Of a stretch of 64,000 nucleotides of DNA, positions 27,205-37,607 are shown in pieces. The stretch covers positions 13,639 through 77,638 of the forward strand of contig JACRKZ010000032.1 of the NCBI GenBank assembly GCA_016235455.1, written 5' to 3'. Within the stretch, counting starts at the first letter, position 1. The number at the start of each line of letters is the position of its first letter. The position numbers and the translations under genes were made by a program. Below the pieces are notes generated by a model. That model saw only the letters and a list, made by a program, of their open reading frames with translations, had not been told where the DNA came from and made no database searches. The stretch comes from Armatimonadota bacterium (lineage in GTDB: Bacteria > Armatimonadota > UBA10988).

Positions 27205-28593
27205 TCACTTGTAGCCGGGCAGGAACTCGGCCTCGGCGTCGAACAGCTCGAGCGTCATGCGCTGCGCCTCGTCGGGCGTGCACACGGCGGCCACGAGCGG
27301 ATCGAGCATCATGGCGTAGATGGCGGCCTGCTTGCTGCGCTCCACGGCCGCTTTGGCCGCCAGATCGAACATGGACATGTTCGACCGGCAGATGGCCGCC
27401 ATCTGCTCGGGCAGGCGCCCGAACCGCGTCGGCTGAACGCCGTTCTGATTGATAACGCAGGCCACTTCCACGCAACCTTCGTGGTCCAGGTTCTCGATGA
27501 GCCCGCCGCGGTTGGCCACGTTGCCGTAGATGACCACCGGCTGGTTCTTCTCGCGACCTTCAATGATCCACGAGGCGTACTCCCACGAGCGCTTGAGCTC
27601 CATCGTCTCCTCGCCCGCGGCGACCTTGATGCGGCGCTCGTCACAGGCCTTGCGCCAGCCCGGCCAGCAGTCGGCGTAGAAGCTGCTGCCGCCGAGATAG
27701 CCGTCGCGGCAGTAGCGCTTGAGCACTTCGGGCCGCTTGCGGTAGTACGGCAGATACTCCGACAGATGGCCACTGGACTCGGTGATGAAGGCGCCGAAAT
27801 GCAGCATCATGTCGCAGCGGACGGGGTCAGCCTCCCAGAACGGGCCGCCTTCCTCGCGCGCCTTCTCCATCAGCACCGGGTACAGGTCGGCGCCGTTGTG
27901 CTCCAGCTTGGTGAACCAGGCCAGATGGTTGACGCCGGCGCATTCCCAGACCATCTCCTCGGACGGCACGCCGGCCCAGTGGGCCAGATGGTGGCTGGTG
28001 CCCTGCACCGAGTGGCACAGGCCGACCACCTGCATTCGGCTCACGCGCTGCGCGGCCAGACACATCATGCTCATGGGGTTGGTGTAGTTGAGGACGATGG
28101 CGCGAGGGCATAGCTCCTCGGCGTCGCGCAGCATATCCAGGAACACGGGGATGGTGCGCAGACCCTTGAACAGCCCGCCGGGCCCGATGGTATCGCCGAT
28201 GCACTGGTCGACGCCGTACTTGGCGGGGATGTCGTTGTCGTGACGCACGCAGCCGAGCCCGCTGACCTCGATGCAGTTGACGATGTAGTGGCTGCCCGGC
28301 AGCGCCTCGCGGCGGTCGGTGGTGGCCTTCACGGTCCACACATCCGACTTGCCAACGCCGTCAAGCACCCAGTTGACCAGCTTCTCGGCGATGGCCAGCC
28401 GCTCAGGATCGATATCAACCAGCCAGATCTCACCGCCCTGGCTGCCGGGGATGAGGGCCACGTCCTTCATCAGATGCTCGGTGAAGCCGCTGCCGGCACC
28501 CATCATGGTGATGCGCAGCGGGCGCTTCATGGCGCCCTTCAGGCCGATCTCTTCCACGTTCTTCGTGTCGTCGCGTACGCTCTCGCGTGCCAT
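27205..28593 (-). CDS. melA: GH4 NAD+-dependent alpha-galactosidase (MelA-like)
   Basis: MGAGSGF, IGDTIGPGG, NYTNPM, GLCHSVQ, GVNHLAW, TESSGHLSEY. Confidence 0.88.
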   Translation of the reverse strand: MARESVRDDTKNVEEIGLKGAMKRPLRITMMGAGSGFTEHLMKDVALIPGSQGGEIWLVDIDPERLAIAEKLVNWVLDGVGKSDVWTVKATTDRREALPGSHYIVNCIEVSGLGCVRHDNDIPAKYGVDQCIGDTIGPGGLFKGLRTIPVFLDMLRDAEELCPRAIVLNYTNPMSMMCLAAQRVSRMQVVGLCHSVQGTSHHLAHWAGVPSEEMVWECAGVNHLAWFTKLEHNGADLYPVLMEKAREEGGPFWEADPVRCDMMLHFGAFITESSGHLSEYLPYYRKRPEVLKRYCRDGYLGGSSFYADCWPGWRKACDERRIKVAAGEETMELKRSWEYASWIIEGREKNQPVVIYGNVANRGGLIENLDHEGCVEVACVINQNGVQPTRFGRLPEQMAAICRSNMSMFDLAAKAAVERSKQAAIYAMMLDPLVAAVCTPDEAQRMTLELFDAEAEFLPGYK

Positions 28594-28788
28594 GGGAACT
28601 CCTTATCGCTGACCTGGCGCTGTATCTGGTCTCGCCGGCCAACCCGCGCACGGGCCACGGCCCATTCGCCTTCGCCGGGCCACCTCCTACGGTGCCTTGT
28701 CCAATCTACCGCCATACACGCCGACCACCCGCCGACGCTTGCCTGTAACCACTTCTTGAGTCATCCTCTAGGGATACAGGAGAATCCG

Positions 28789-29937
28789 ATGGTCGACTGG
28801 AACGCCTACCGCGCCGACTGGCCGTATCTGGCCGAGGGCAGCCTGTGGCTGCAGCATGCCGGCATCACGCCGCTGAACCTGCGTGTCATGCGCTCGGCCA
28901 CGCGCTACATGGAGGAGTTCGCCAAGTCGCCCGGCCCGACCTATCGCCGCCTGTGGCATGCCGCCACCGATGGCGCGAGAGACAAGGTGGCCGCGTTCCT
29001 GGGCACGACCAGCGACCGCCTGGCACTGGTCAAGAACACCAGCCAGGGCATCATCCTGGTGGCCGAGGGGCTCAGCCTGCCCGCTGGCGCCAATGTCGTC
29101 ACGTTGACCGGCGAATTCCCGTCCAATCGGCTGCCCTGGCGCAACCTGGAGCGCCGCGGAGTCGAGGTCCGCACGGTGCCGGCTGATGCGCACGGGCACT
29201 GTGACACCGACGCGGTGGCCGCGGCCATGGACGCGGGCACCGCCGTGCTGGCGGTGAGTTGGGTGCAGTACATCGACGGCTACCGCCAGGATCTGGCCTC
29301 GTTGGCCGAGCTGTGCCAGCGCTGGGGCGCGTTCCTGGTGGTCGACGCAATCCAGGGCGCGGGCGCCTTGCCGCTGTTCCTCGACGGTCTCGACGCGGTC
29401 ATCGCCGGCGGGCACAAGTGGCTGTGCGGCACCGAGGGCGCCGGGTTCCTGTACCTGTCGCCACGCCTGCTGGACGCGCTGACGCCGTGCAACGTGAGCT
29501 GGGGCTCCGTGGGTGACTGGATCTTCCGCGCCGGCGAGGAGTTGCTGGCGGAGGAGTCCCTGCCGCCGCTCAAGCCCACGGCCGAGCGCTTCGAAGAGGG
29601 CACGCCGAACGTCTGGGGCCAGATCATGCTGGGCGAGGCCGTGGACATGCTGTCCGAGATCGGCCTGCCGACCATCTGGCAGCGCATTGTCGCCGTGCAG
29701 GACCATTTCATTGAGGCTGCGCGCGCCAAGGGCTATCGGATCGACTCCAGCCTGCTCCCCAGCCAGAGATCGGGTATCATGGCCTTGGCGCACGAGCGGC
29801 ACACGCCCGCGGAAATCGTGCGCGCGCTGGCCACCGACAACATCACCGCCATCCAGCGTGGCCAGGCGGTGCGCATCGCGGCCCACTTCTACATCAATGA
29901 GAGCGACATGGATCGCGTGGTGGCGGCCCTGCCTTAG
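28789..29937 (+). CDS. class V PLP-dependent aminotransferase (C-S lyase/CefD-like)
   Basis: EFPSN, VDAIQGAG, GGHKWLCG (PLP Lys), RFEEGT, RIAAHFY; no RxGxHC catalytic Cys. Confidence 0.88.
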   Translation: MVDWNAYRADWPYLAEGSLWLQHAGITPLNLRVMRSATRYMEEFAKSPGPTYRRLWHAATDGARDKVAAFLGTTSDRLALVKNTSQGIILVAEGLSLPAGANVVTLTGEFPSNRLPWRNLERRGVEVRTVPADAHGHCDTDAVAAAMDAGTAVLAVSWVQYIDGYRQDLASLAELCQRWGAFLVVDAIQGAGALPLFLDGLDAVIAGGHKWLCGTEGAGFLYLSPRLLDALTPCNVSWGSVGDWIFRAGEELLAEESLPPLKPTAERFEEGTPNVWGQIMLGEAVDMLSEIGLPTIWQRIVAVQDHFIEAARAKGYRIDSSLLPSQRSGIMALAHERHTPAEIVRALATDNITAIQRGQAVRIAAHFYINESDMDRVVAALP

Positions 29938-29968
29938 CAGATGCCGCCCGTCTGTCGATACCGTGTGT

Positions 29969-31261
29969 ATGACGAAAGAGACTATGACCCAAGACCAATC
30001 GCTGGACCAGATGACTCCCTCGCCGGACGATCGCGAGCGGGCCATTCTGGTCGGACTCGACCGGCCCGGCCTGCATGGCGGGCTGCTCGAACGCTTGGAG
30101 GAGCTGTCGCTGCTGGCCGAGACGGCCAACTGCGACACCGTGGCCTCGGTCACCCAGGCGCGCGCCAAACCCGACCCCAAGACCTACATCGGCAAGGGCA
30201 AGGTCGAGGAACTGGTCGCCGCGGTCGAGGAGTACGAGGCCGATGTGATCATCGTCGACTCCGAGCTGCCGCCCTCGCAGTCGCGCAACCTGGCCGAGGC
30301 CGTGCAGCGCAAGGTGGTCGACCGCACGCAACTCATCTTGGACATCTTCGCCCGCCGCGCCAGCACCCGCCTGGCGCGCGACCAGGTGGAGTTGGCGCTG
30401 CTGCAGTACTCGCTGCCGCGCCTCAAGCGCCTGTGGACCCACCTCAGCCGCATCGAGGGTGGCGTGGGCATGCGCGGTCCCGGCGAGCGCCAGATCGAAA
30501 CGGACCGGCGCCTCGCCCGCGAGCGCATCCATCGGCTCCAGCAGCGGCTGATCGAGTCCGAGAAGCAGAAGTCGGTAGCCAGCGCCGGTCGGCAACGACA
30601 CTTCACCGCCTCGCTGGTCGGCTACACCAACGTCGGCAAATCCACGCTGATGAACGCCCTGACCGACGCCGGCGTGTTCGTCGAGGACCGCCTGTTCGCC
30701 ACGCTCGACGCCACCACGCGCCGACTGGTGCTCGATGGCGAAGAGATCCTGCTGTCCGACACCGTCGGCTTCATCCGCGACCTGCCGCACGCGCTGGTGG
30801 CCAGCTTCCATGCGACGCTGTCCGAGGTGCGCGAGGCCGACCTGCTGCTGCACGTGGTCGACATCGCCAGCCCCGAGCTCGAAGAGCAGATCGAGTCGGT
30901 GCGCACGGTGCTCGAGGAGATCGGCGCCCAGGATCAGGCCACGCTGACCGTCTTCAACAAGGTGGACGCGCTGGAGGACGGACTCAGCGCCGAGGGCATC
31001 GCCAACCGCTTCGGTGGCGGCGTGCTCATCTCGGCGATCACCGGCCAGGGCCTCGACGAGCTGCGCCAGACCATGCTCGACCGCTCACGGGCGCTGCATC
31101 GCCCGGTGGAACTGCTGATCCCCTACTCGGACGGCAAGTCGGCGTCGTTGGTCGAGCAGCACGGGCAGGTGCTCGAGCGCGAGTATCTGGACACCGGCAC
31201 GCGGATGCGCGTGCTGCTGGCACCCGCGGATCTGTCGCGCCTCGAGAACTACGTGCTCTGA
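29969..31261 (+). CDS. hflX: GTPase HflX
   Basis: YIGKGK, DRTQLILDIF, RGPGERQIETDRR, GYTNVGKS, LFATLD, DTVGF, NKVD. Alternative ATG at 29984. Confidence 0.97.
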   Translation: MTKETMTQDQSLDQMTPSPDDRERAILVGLDRPGLHGGLLERLEELSLLAETANCDTVASVTQARAKPDPKTYIGKGKVEELVAAVEEYEADVIIVDSELPPSQSRNLAEAVQRKVVDRTQLILDIFARRASTRLARDQVELALLQYSLPRLKRLWTHLSRIEGGVGMRGPGERQIETDRRLARERIHRLQQRLIESEKQKSVASAGRQRHFTASLVGYTNVGKSTLMNALTDAGVFVEDRLFATLDATTRRLVLDGEEILLSDTVGFIRDLPHALVASFHATLSEVREADLLLHVVDIASPELEEQIESVRTVLEEIGAQDQATLTVFNKVDALEDGLSAEGIANRFGGGVLISAITGQGLDELRQTMLDRSRALHRPVELLIPYSDGKSASLVEQHGQVLEREYLDTGTRMRVLLAPADLSRLENYVL

Positions 31262-31539
31262 TTGGGCAGGCCAACCCAGCGCCGTATCCGTCGGCGGAGC
31301 GTCTTGCGCCAGCCGCGGATGGTGCCGATGACCACAGGGCCAGCGCAGAACCAGATCAGGATGCCATCGAGCAACTGGCGCGGCTTGATGCGGCGGATCT
31401 CGCCTTCCGATGCCCATAGCAGGCTGAGGCCGAGCAGGATGCCGATGGCCAGCGAACCGATGAGCGCGGGCACGTAACACCAGACCCGGTCCATCCGGCA
31501 CTGGCGTGGGCTGCGGTCGGCGGGCTCGGCCATGGTCAT
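31249..31539 (-). CDS. small two-TM membrane protein
   Basis: Two hydrophobic segments; GAGG RBS; directly follows the HAD gene. Confidence 0.6.
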   Translation of the reverse strand: MTMAEPADRSPRQCRMDRVWCYVPALIGSLAIGILLGLSLLWASEGEIRRIKPRQLLDGILIWFCAGPVVIGTIRGWRKTLRRRIRRWVGLPNQST

Positions 31540-31543
31540 CGCC

Positions 31544-32353
31544 TCACTTGAACCAGCCGCGCGTGCGCGCGTTGGTCAGCAACTCCCAGACACCCTCGCC
31601 AGCCTCGGACTCGGCGACCACGCCGCCGGTGGCGCGCACGGCGGCTTTGATCTCCTCGTCGCCATTGCTCACCGTGGCGCTCCGCAGGCCGTGCCGGCCG
31701 TCGAGCATGGTGATGTCGTTGGCGCTATCACCGATGGCCAGCGCCTGGTCGGGTCGGAAGCCGCGCGATGCCGCGGCGTGGGCCATGCTGCCGCCCTTGG
31801 TGGCGGTGCCAAGGATGATGTGCGCCAGCGTGCGGTTGCGGCTGGTCGTGGCCAGTGGCAGATCAGCCGACCACTCGGCCAGTAGCAGACGGGCCTGCTC
31901 CGCTCGCTCGGCGTCGGGCAGGTGGATCTCCAGGCCGTAATCGCCCCACAGGTACCAACGCACCGGCGTCAGGCCAGCGCTCTCCAGCCGCAGCCGCCAG
32001 GCATGTTGCCGCTCGGCCAACTGGCGGGTCAGTTCGGCCATTTCGTCGTAGCGCGCGCGGTTCCACTCCTCGTCGGGCTCCATGGCATCGTCGCCGATCC
32101 AGTAGATGAATGTCTCGCGCGCCACGATGTACGACGGGAACGGGTCGCCCCAGGCCAGGCCCTGGGGGATGAGCAGGTCGCGCATGTCCCACCATGGCCG
32201 GCCGGAGACGATACCGACCTCGACCTCGTGCTCCCGCAGCCAGCAGAGGATGTTCTGCGTATGCTCGGGCACGCCGCTCTGGCCGTCGCGGTGGCTGTAC
32301 AGCGTCCAGTCGAAGTCCATGCCGACCATGCGGATATCGGGCCGCTCGGTCAT
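31544..32353 (-). CDS. HAD-superfamily hydrolase, subfamily IIB (Cof-like)
   Basis: DFDWTL, VSGR, TKG, AIGDSANDITM. Confidence 0.9.
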   Translation of the reverse strand: MTERPDIRMVGMDFDWTLYSHRDGQSGVPEHTQNILCWLREHEVEVGIVSGRPWWDMRDLLIPQGLAWGDPFPSYIVARETFIYWIGDDAMEPDEEWNRARYDEMAELTRQLAERQHAWRLRLESAGLTPVRWYLWGDYGLEIHLPDAERAEQARLLLAEWSADLPLATTSRNRTLAHIILGTATKGGSMAHAAASRGFRPDQALAIGDSANDITMLDGRHGLRSATVSNGDEEIKAAVRATGGVVAESEAGEGVWELLTNARTRGWFK

Positions 32354-35300
32354 CGGGCCGACCCCAATCGCGTCAGCAGATCGCCAGCCTCCAGCCGCAA
32401 TCGGGCCGGCAGGAGGGGATCGGGCAGCCAGTCGCTGGTGCGATAGCCGCCGGCATTGGGGATGACCATCAGGTCGCGCACTTTCTTGAGCAACAGCTCG
32501 ATGCGCGGCGCCAGCGCCGGCTTGTCCGCCGCCAGCTTGGCCAGCGCGGCGAACACTTCGTAGTCTTCGATGCCGTCGCGGGCCTGTTCGAGCCGGATGG
32601 ACGCCACTGGCTCCGTGCGGCCCAACGGCTCACCGGGATAGGCCAGGTAGCCATCACCGTTGGGGTACCGGATGTTGTAGCTCTTGCCCTCGCCCGGCTC
32701 GTCGGCCTGCTGGATGAAGCTGTGCCAGCCATAGCGGTACGGATCGTAGGTGTACCACGACAGGCCCCAGAACTCGTAGCCGCTCACGTCGTGGGCGAAG
32801 CAGTACCAGGGCAGCATCCGCTCGCAAGCGGCGTACGGCGTATCAATCTCCATCTGACCATCGGTGGTGAACCAGATCTTGTCGCCCGCCCGGCGGCGCG
32901 CGGCGATCTCGTCGGTCGGGAAGCAGCCGTACTGACCGACGCCCCAATGGTTGAGGATGCCGTCCCAGGCCTTGTTGTGACGCCAAGTGCTGCTGTAGAC
33001 GGTGATGTCGGGCGCCACCTCGCGAGCGTAGCCGATGACCTCGCCCAACCACTTGGTCACCTCCGGCCGGTCGAAGTGCGGCTCGTCGGAGACGTACAGC
33101 GTCAGGTAGCGGCTCCATCCGCGCTGGTGGCAGTGGTCCCAGAGCAGCTTCAGCGCCTGCTGGTAGGCCGACTTGTACTCGGGCGAAGGATACCGGCAGC
33201 CCAGGAAGTCGCGCGGCGGGTAGGCCCAGCCACAGGCGTAGAACACCTCGGGCAGATACGCCGCGCTCATCTTTAGCTCGTCGAACCGCCGCGTGGCTTC
33301 CTTGTCGAAGAGCGTCGCGTCCATGGAGACCTTGCCGTCGCGCAGCTCGAACTTGGGCGACGGCAGGCTGTCGGGGCAGACCCGATGCTCGGCCATGAAC
33401 TTCAGCCAGGCGTCGTGATCGCCGCCGGAGCGCAGGTCGTAGATGACCTGCAGCGAGGCCCGCTCGGGTTGCGTGAACGGCCACACGGTCAGCGTAAAGT
33501 CCACGGTCCGCGCGGCGCCGGTGGCCGGCGCAATGACCACCTGGCCCCGGTGCACGCCGGGCTGAGCGTCGCGCGGCACGGTCATGGTCACCCAGACGGC
33601 CTGCGTCTGGTTGGCCCGGAGGTCCAGTGGCTTGTCCAGCGGCAGCAGGTAGTCGGGCCACCAGCCCTGCCAGCCATCGGTGCGACTCTGACCGTGGGGC
33701 TTGAGCCGCTCCCAGGCCTGCGCCTTCTCGTTGAAGTAGCCGCCCGGCTGGAGCACGGGGACATAGCCGACGCGCTCGATCTTCAGCGGCAGGCCGGCAC
33801 AGGTGGCGCTGAGCTTGACGCCCGCCATGTCGGTGTTGGTGCGCAGGCAAAGCTGGAGCGTCTCGCGCTCGCCCCGCGTGGCCGCCAGCGGCACGGGCGA
33901 CGGACCCGCGGCCTGCGGCGGAACCGCGTCGCGCATGGGCTTGACGATCGGGTCGAGCGCCCACACGGTGAGCCCGCCACCGGGTCGCGCCCGGCTCTCC
34001 ATGGCGCCCATGCGGCCTGCCACGGCGCGCCGCAGCACAACGTCGTCGTGCCACACGGTGCCGTTGTTGTTCATCGTCAGGTGCATCTCGAACGACTTGG
34101 TGTCGGGCCCCGAATGCATGATGGAGCCGATGGTGGTCCAGTCGGTGGTGCCGCTGGGCCCGGTGCCGGTGGACCCGCCACGCTGGCCCGCCCACTCGCC
34201 CTTGTCGTCGAGGAAGTGCACGTACAGCGGCGCGGGCCCGGTCAGGCCCTCGGTCTTGACCCGCGCGGAGTAGAAGTAGTCGGTGTTGGGGTCGCACGGC
34301 ACAGCCTTGCGCCAACCGACCCACCGCGCCGGCGCGGCCGCCGGGACCACCGAGCGCCCGCACCACTCGCCGCGTGCGCCGCCCTTGACCCGCGTGACGC
34401 TCACGCCCTCGGCCTGAACGCCCTCGGTGCCGCCCGACCAGGAGGCCGGCTTGTCGCCCGTGCCGTCCTCGAAGCCGGGGTTGGGCGCCAAGTTGCCAGG
34501 CGCGTCCACCAGGTCGGCCATGGTCATGGCACGGCCCGGCAGCTCGACGCCCACGTACACCGGCAGCGCCAGCCGACAGCGCGCGGGCACATCGATCAGC
34601 ATGAGGATGCTGTCACCCGAGATCAGATGCGGGATCGGCCGGCTGGTGCGCGGATCCCAGACCGCCAGCGGCTCGCCCTTGGGCACCCGCACAGTCAACG
34701 CTTTGGCCGGCACCGCCACCAGCGCCGACGCCGCTGCGTCGCCGGTGTTGTAGACGATGGCCGTGCCGCGGCACCAGGCCTTGGCCAGCGGGCCGGTCGT
34801 GGGCCACTCGCCCGGCCCGATCTCTGCCAGCTTGAGCTGCTCGACCGCGCCCACCGTCGCGGTGACCGCGGGCTTGGCCGCGTCCAGCGCTTCCACCTTG
34901 ACATCGTCGAACCAGGCCGTGCCCGTGCCAAACAACACAGTGCCGACCGTCAGGCTTTGCGCGCCGTCGGGCGCGGTGAACTCAATGACCGTCTGCTGCC
35001 AGTCGAAAGTGCCCTTGCTCTCGCCCTCAACGCGGTTGATGGCCATGGCGTTGGCGCCGGTGGCCACATGGATGAACCAGCCCGCGCGGCCCACGACATC
35101 GCGGCCCTTGGCCCAGCCGCTGACCCGGTAGCGACGGCCGCCTTGCAGTCCGATACCCGCCTGGCGCGCGGCGATCCACGTCGATTCCGCGCCGGCGTCG
35201 ACCTCGACCTTGACGCAGCGCTCCCCGGTGCGCGGGCTTTCCTTGCTCCAGGTGATGCGATGCTGTGCGTCGGCGCCGCTCAGATCCCAGGCATCGACCG

Positions 35301-35748
35301 TGGTCCCGCCCGCCTCGAACGACGCGTTCGCCAATGCCGCCGAGCCCTTGAGATAATCGGGTACGGGATAGGCGTCGGGATGGTTCCAGTAGACCCACAG
35401 CCGCTGCGAGCCGCCGGCCGGCGCCGCCACCGGCAGCACCAGTCGCGCGCCGTCGGGGATGGCGCCCTCGGTCAGCCGGCCGTTGGGTCCGCGCAGGTCG
35501 AACAGCAACTCCGTACCGGCGTCATCCGTGGCGCGAATGTCCTGCGCCCTGGCGCCCGCCAAGGGCAGCCCAGTGGCGCCGATCGGCACCTCCACCGGCG
35601 CGCCGGCCACGGCCTCGGCGCCCTGGTTGCCCACCTGCACGGCCACGCGCGAGCGCCACAGCTCGGACCCGCCAAAAGCCAGGTCGGTCGACCAGGGCTG
35701 GCCCATCGCCATGCTCGCTGCCGCCACCAGTACCGCCGTCCAACGCAT
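32350..35748 (-). CDS. secreted DUF4091/GH123-like glycoside hydrolase with two CBM4/9-like modules
   Basis: Signal MRWTAVLV; NASFE/NPGFE CBM starts; RGERETLQ, YVSDEP, NGDGYLAYPG, SIRLEQARDGIEDYE. Confidence 0.8.
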   Translation of the reverse strand: MRWTAVLVAAASMAMGQPWSTDLAFGGSELWRSRVAVQVGNQGAEAVAGAPVEVPIGATGLPLAGARAQDIRATDDAGTELLFDLRGPNGRLTEGAIPDGARLVLPVAAPAGGSQRLWVYWNHPDAYPVPDYLKGSAALANASFEAGGTTVDAWDLSGADAQHRITWSKESPRTGERCVKVEVDAGAESTWIAARQAGIGLQGGRRYRVSGWAKGRDVVGRAGWFIHVATGANAMAINRVEGESKGTFDWQQTVIEFTAPDGAQSLTVGTVLFGTGTAWFDDVKVEALDAAKPAVTATVGAVEQLKLAEIGPGEWPTTGPLAKAWCRGTAIVYNTGDAAASALVAVPAKALTVRVPKGEPLAVWDPRTSRPIPHLISGDSILMLIDVPARCRLALPVYVGVELPGRAMTMADLVDAPGNLAPNPGFEDGTGDKPASWSGGTEGVQAEGVSVTRVKGGARGEWCGRSVVPAAAPARWVGWRKAVPCDPNTDYFYSARVKTEGLTGPAPLYVHFLDDKGEWAGQRGGSTGTGPSGTTDWTTIGSIMHSGPDTKSFEMHLTMNNNGTVWHDDVVLRRAVAGRMGAMESRARPGGGLTVWALDPIVKPMRDAVPPQAAGPSPVPLAATRGERETLQLCLRTNTDMAGVKLSATCAGLPLKIERVGYVPVLQPGGYFNEKAQAWERLKPHGQSRTDGWQGWWPDYLLPLDKPLDLRANQTQAVWVTMTVPRDAQPGVHRGQVVIAPATGAARTVDFTLTVWPFTQPERASLQVIYDLRSGGDHDAWLKFMAEHRVCPDSLPSPKFELRDGKVSMDATLFDKEATRRFDELKMSAAYLPEVFYACGWAYPPRDFLGCRYPSPEYKSAYQQALKLLWDHCHQRGWSRYLTLYVSDEPHFDRPEVTKWLGEVIGYAREVAPDITVYSSTWRHNKAWDGILNHWGVGQYGCFPTDEIAARRRAGDKIWFTTDGQMEIDTPYAACERMLPWYCFAHDVSGYEFWGLSWYTYDPYRYGWHSFIQQADEPGEGKSYNIRYPNGDGYLAYPGEPLGRTEPVASIRLEQARDGIEDYEVFAALAKLAADKPALAPRIELLLKKVRDLMVIPNAGGYRTSDWLPDPLLPARLRLEAGDLLTRLGSAR

Positions 35749-35846
35749 AGGGATCTCCGCCTTCTCAGTTCGCGGAGCGACTCCGGGCTCCTTCCGCGGC
35801 GGCTCGCCCCAGAGGAATCGCGCCCGGGGAGTCATAATGGGAGAGC

Positions 35847-37601
35847 ATGGAAGACCTACCCTTGACCTGCGATGTCATCGTTCTCGGCGCCACCCCGGGT
35901 GGCATCATGGCTGCGGTCGCGGCGGCGCGGCGCGGCTGCAGCGTGCTGCTCCTCGAGCGCACGGCCCATGTCGGCGGCCTGCCGGCCAACGGTCTGGGCG
36001 CGACGGATATCGGCACGCGTGGCGCCACCGGCGGGCTGTTCCTCGAGTTCGTCGGCCGCATCAAGGCGCACTATGTCAAGGCCTACGGGGCCGCCAGCGC
36101 ACAGGTCAAGGACTGCTCCGACGGCTACCACTTCGAGCCGTCCGTGGCCGAAGGCGTGTTCGAGGCCATGCTCGCCGAGCAACCGCGCATCACCGTTCTC
36201 CGGCGCCGCCAGTTCGATAGCGCGCCGGCCAACGTGGTCATCGAGCATGGCCAGTTGCGCGGCCTGACCGTAACCGACCTGGCCAGCGGGCAGCCCGAGA
36301 CCTATCTGGCGCAGGTGCTCATCGATGGCACCTACGAGGGCGATCTGGCCGCCGCCGCCGGCTGCCCGTTCGAGACGCGCCGCGAGAGCGCCAACGAGTA
36401 TCGCGAGCCGCGCGCCGGCGTGCTGTACATCGGCTGGGGCGCCAAGGAGCCCGGCGCGGGCAGCACCGGCGCCGGCAGCGACACCATCCAGGCCTTCAAC
36501 TACCGCCTCTGCCTGACCACCCGCGAAGGCAACAAGCGGCCCATCACCAAGCCGGCCACGTACCGCCGCGAGGAGTACCTGAGCCTGATCGACGATGTGG
36601 CCACCGGCCATCACACCGGCTCGGGCAACCCGCCCAGCGGGATCGGCTGGCTGACCAACATGGTCACGCTGCCCAACGGCAAGACCGACAGCAACAACCA
36701 GCACCTGGCCTTCCTGAGCACCGATCTGCCCGAGGAGAACTACCCCTGGCCCACGGCAAGCTGGGCCTGGCGCGACGAGTTCGCCCGCCGGCTGCATGAC
36801 TACACGCTGGGCCTGCTGTGGTTCGCCCAGAACGACGCGGCATTGCCCGAGGCCTTCCGGCGGGCCTGTGCCGCCTGGGGCCTGGCCGCCGATGAGTATG
36901 TCGACAACGACAACTTCCCGCGGCAGGTCTACGTGCGCGAAGGTCGCCGCGTGCTCGGCGAGCACCTCTTCACCGCGCACGACGCACTGCCCACGGCGCC
37001 CGGCCGGCGCCCGCCGCTGCACGCCGACAGCATCACCGCCAGCCACTACGCGCTGGACAGCCACGCCCACCACAAGCGCGAGGCCGGCCGCGTCGGGCTC
37101 GATGGCTTCTTCAGCTACGGCACGGCGCCATACACCGTGCCCTATGGCGTCATGCTGCCGCGCCGGGCCGAGAACCTGCTGACGCCGGTGCCGGTGTCGG
37201 GCACGCATGTGGGCTTCAGCACGCTACGCATGGAGCCCTGCTGGATGGCCATGGGCCAGGCCGCCGGCACCGCCGCGGCGCTCTCGGTGCAGTCGGGCCA
37301 CAGCGTGCGCGACCTCGACCGCGGCTGGCTGCGCGACGCGCTGCTGCGCGATGGCGCGGTCCTGGTCTACTTCCGCGACGCGACGCCCAGCCACGGGCAG
37401 TTCCAGGCGCTGCAGAAGCTGGCGCTGCGCGGGCTGATCGCGGACTGGAACGCCCGGTTGGCCGAGCCCGTCACGCGCGAGGACCTGGCCAAGTGGTGCG
37501 CCGCGCTGGGCATCGCGCCGCCGGCCGACGTCACACCGGGCAAGAGCGCGCGCGGCGAGGCCATGGCCGCGGTGGTGGCGCTAGCGGAGCGCCGCGCCTG
37601 A
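35847..37601 (+). CDS. FAD-dependent oxidoreductase (FAD_oxidored family)
   Basis: GATPGG...AAVAAAR, IDGTYEGDL, YVREGRR, HVGFSTLRMEP; CATAAT upstream. Confidence 0.9.
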   Translation: MEDLPLTCDVIVLGATPGGIMAAVAAARRGCSVLLLERTAHVGGLPANGLGATDIGTRGATGGLFLEFVGRIKAHYVKAYGAASAQVKDCSDGYHFEPSVAEGVFEAMLAEQPRITVLRRRQFDSAPANVVIEHGQLRGLTVTDLASGQPETYLAQVLIDGTYEGDLAAAAGCPFETRRESANEYREPRAGVLYIGWGAKEPGAGSTGAGSDTIQAFNYRLCLTTREGNKRPITKPATYRREEYLSLIDDVATGHHTGSGNPPSGIGWLTNMVTLPNGKTDSNNQHLAFLSTDLPEENYPWPTASWAWRDEFARRLHDYTLGLLWFAQNDAALPEAFRRACAAWGLAADEYVDNDNFPRQVYVREGRRVLGEHLFTAHDALPTAPGRRPPLHADSITASHYALDSHAHHKREAGRVGLDGFFSYGTAPYTVPYGVMLPRRAENLLTPVPVSGTHVGFSTLRMEPCWMAMGQAAGTAAALSVQSGHSVRDLDRGWLRDALLRDGAVLVYFRDATPSHGQFQALQKLALRGLIADWNARLAEPVTREDLAKWCAALGIAPPADVTPGKSARGEAMAAVVALAERRA

Positions 37602-37607
37602 TCCGTG

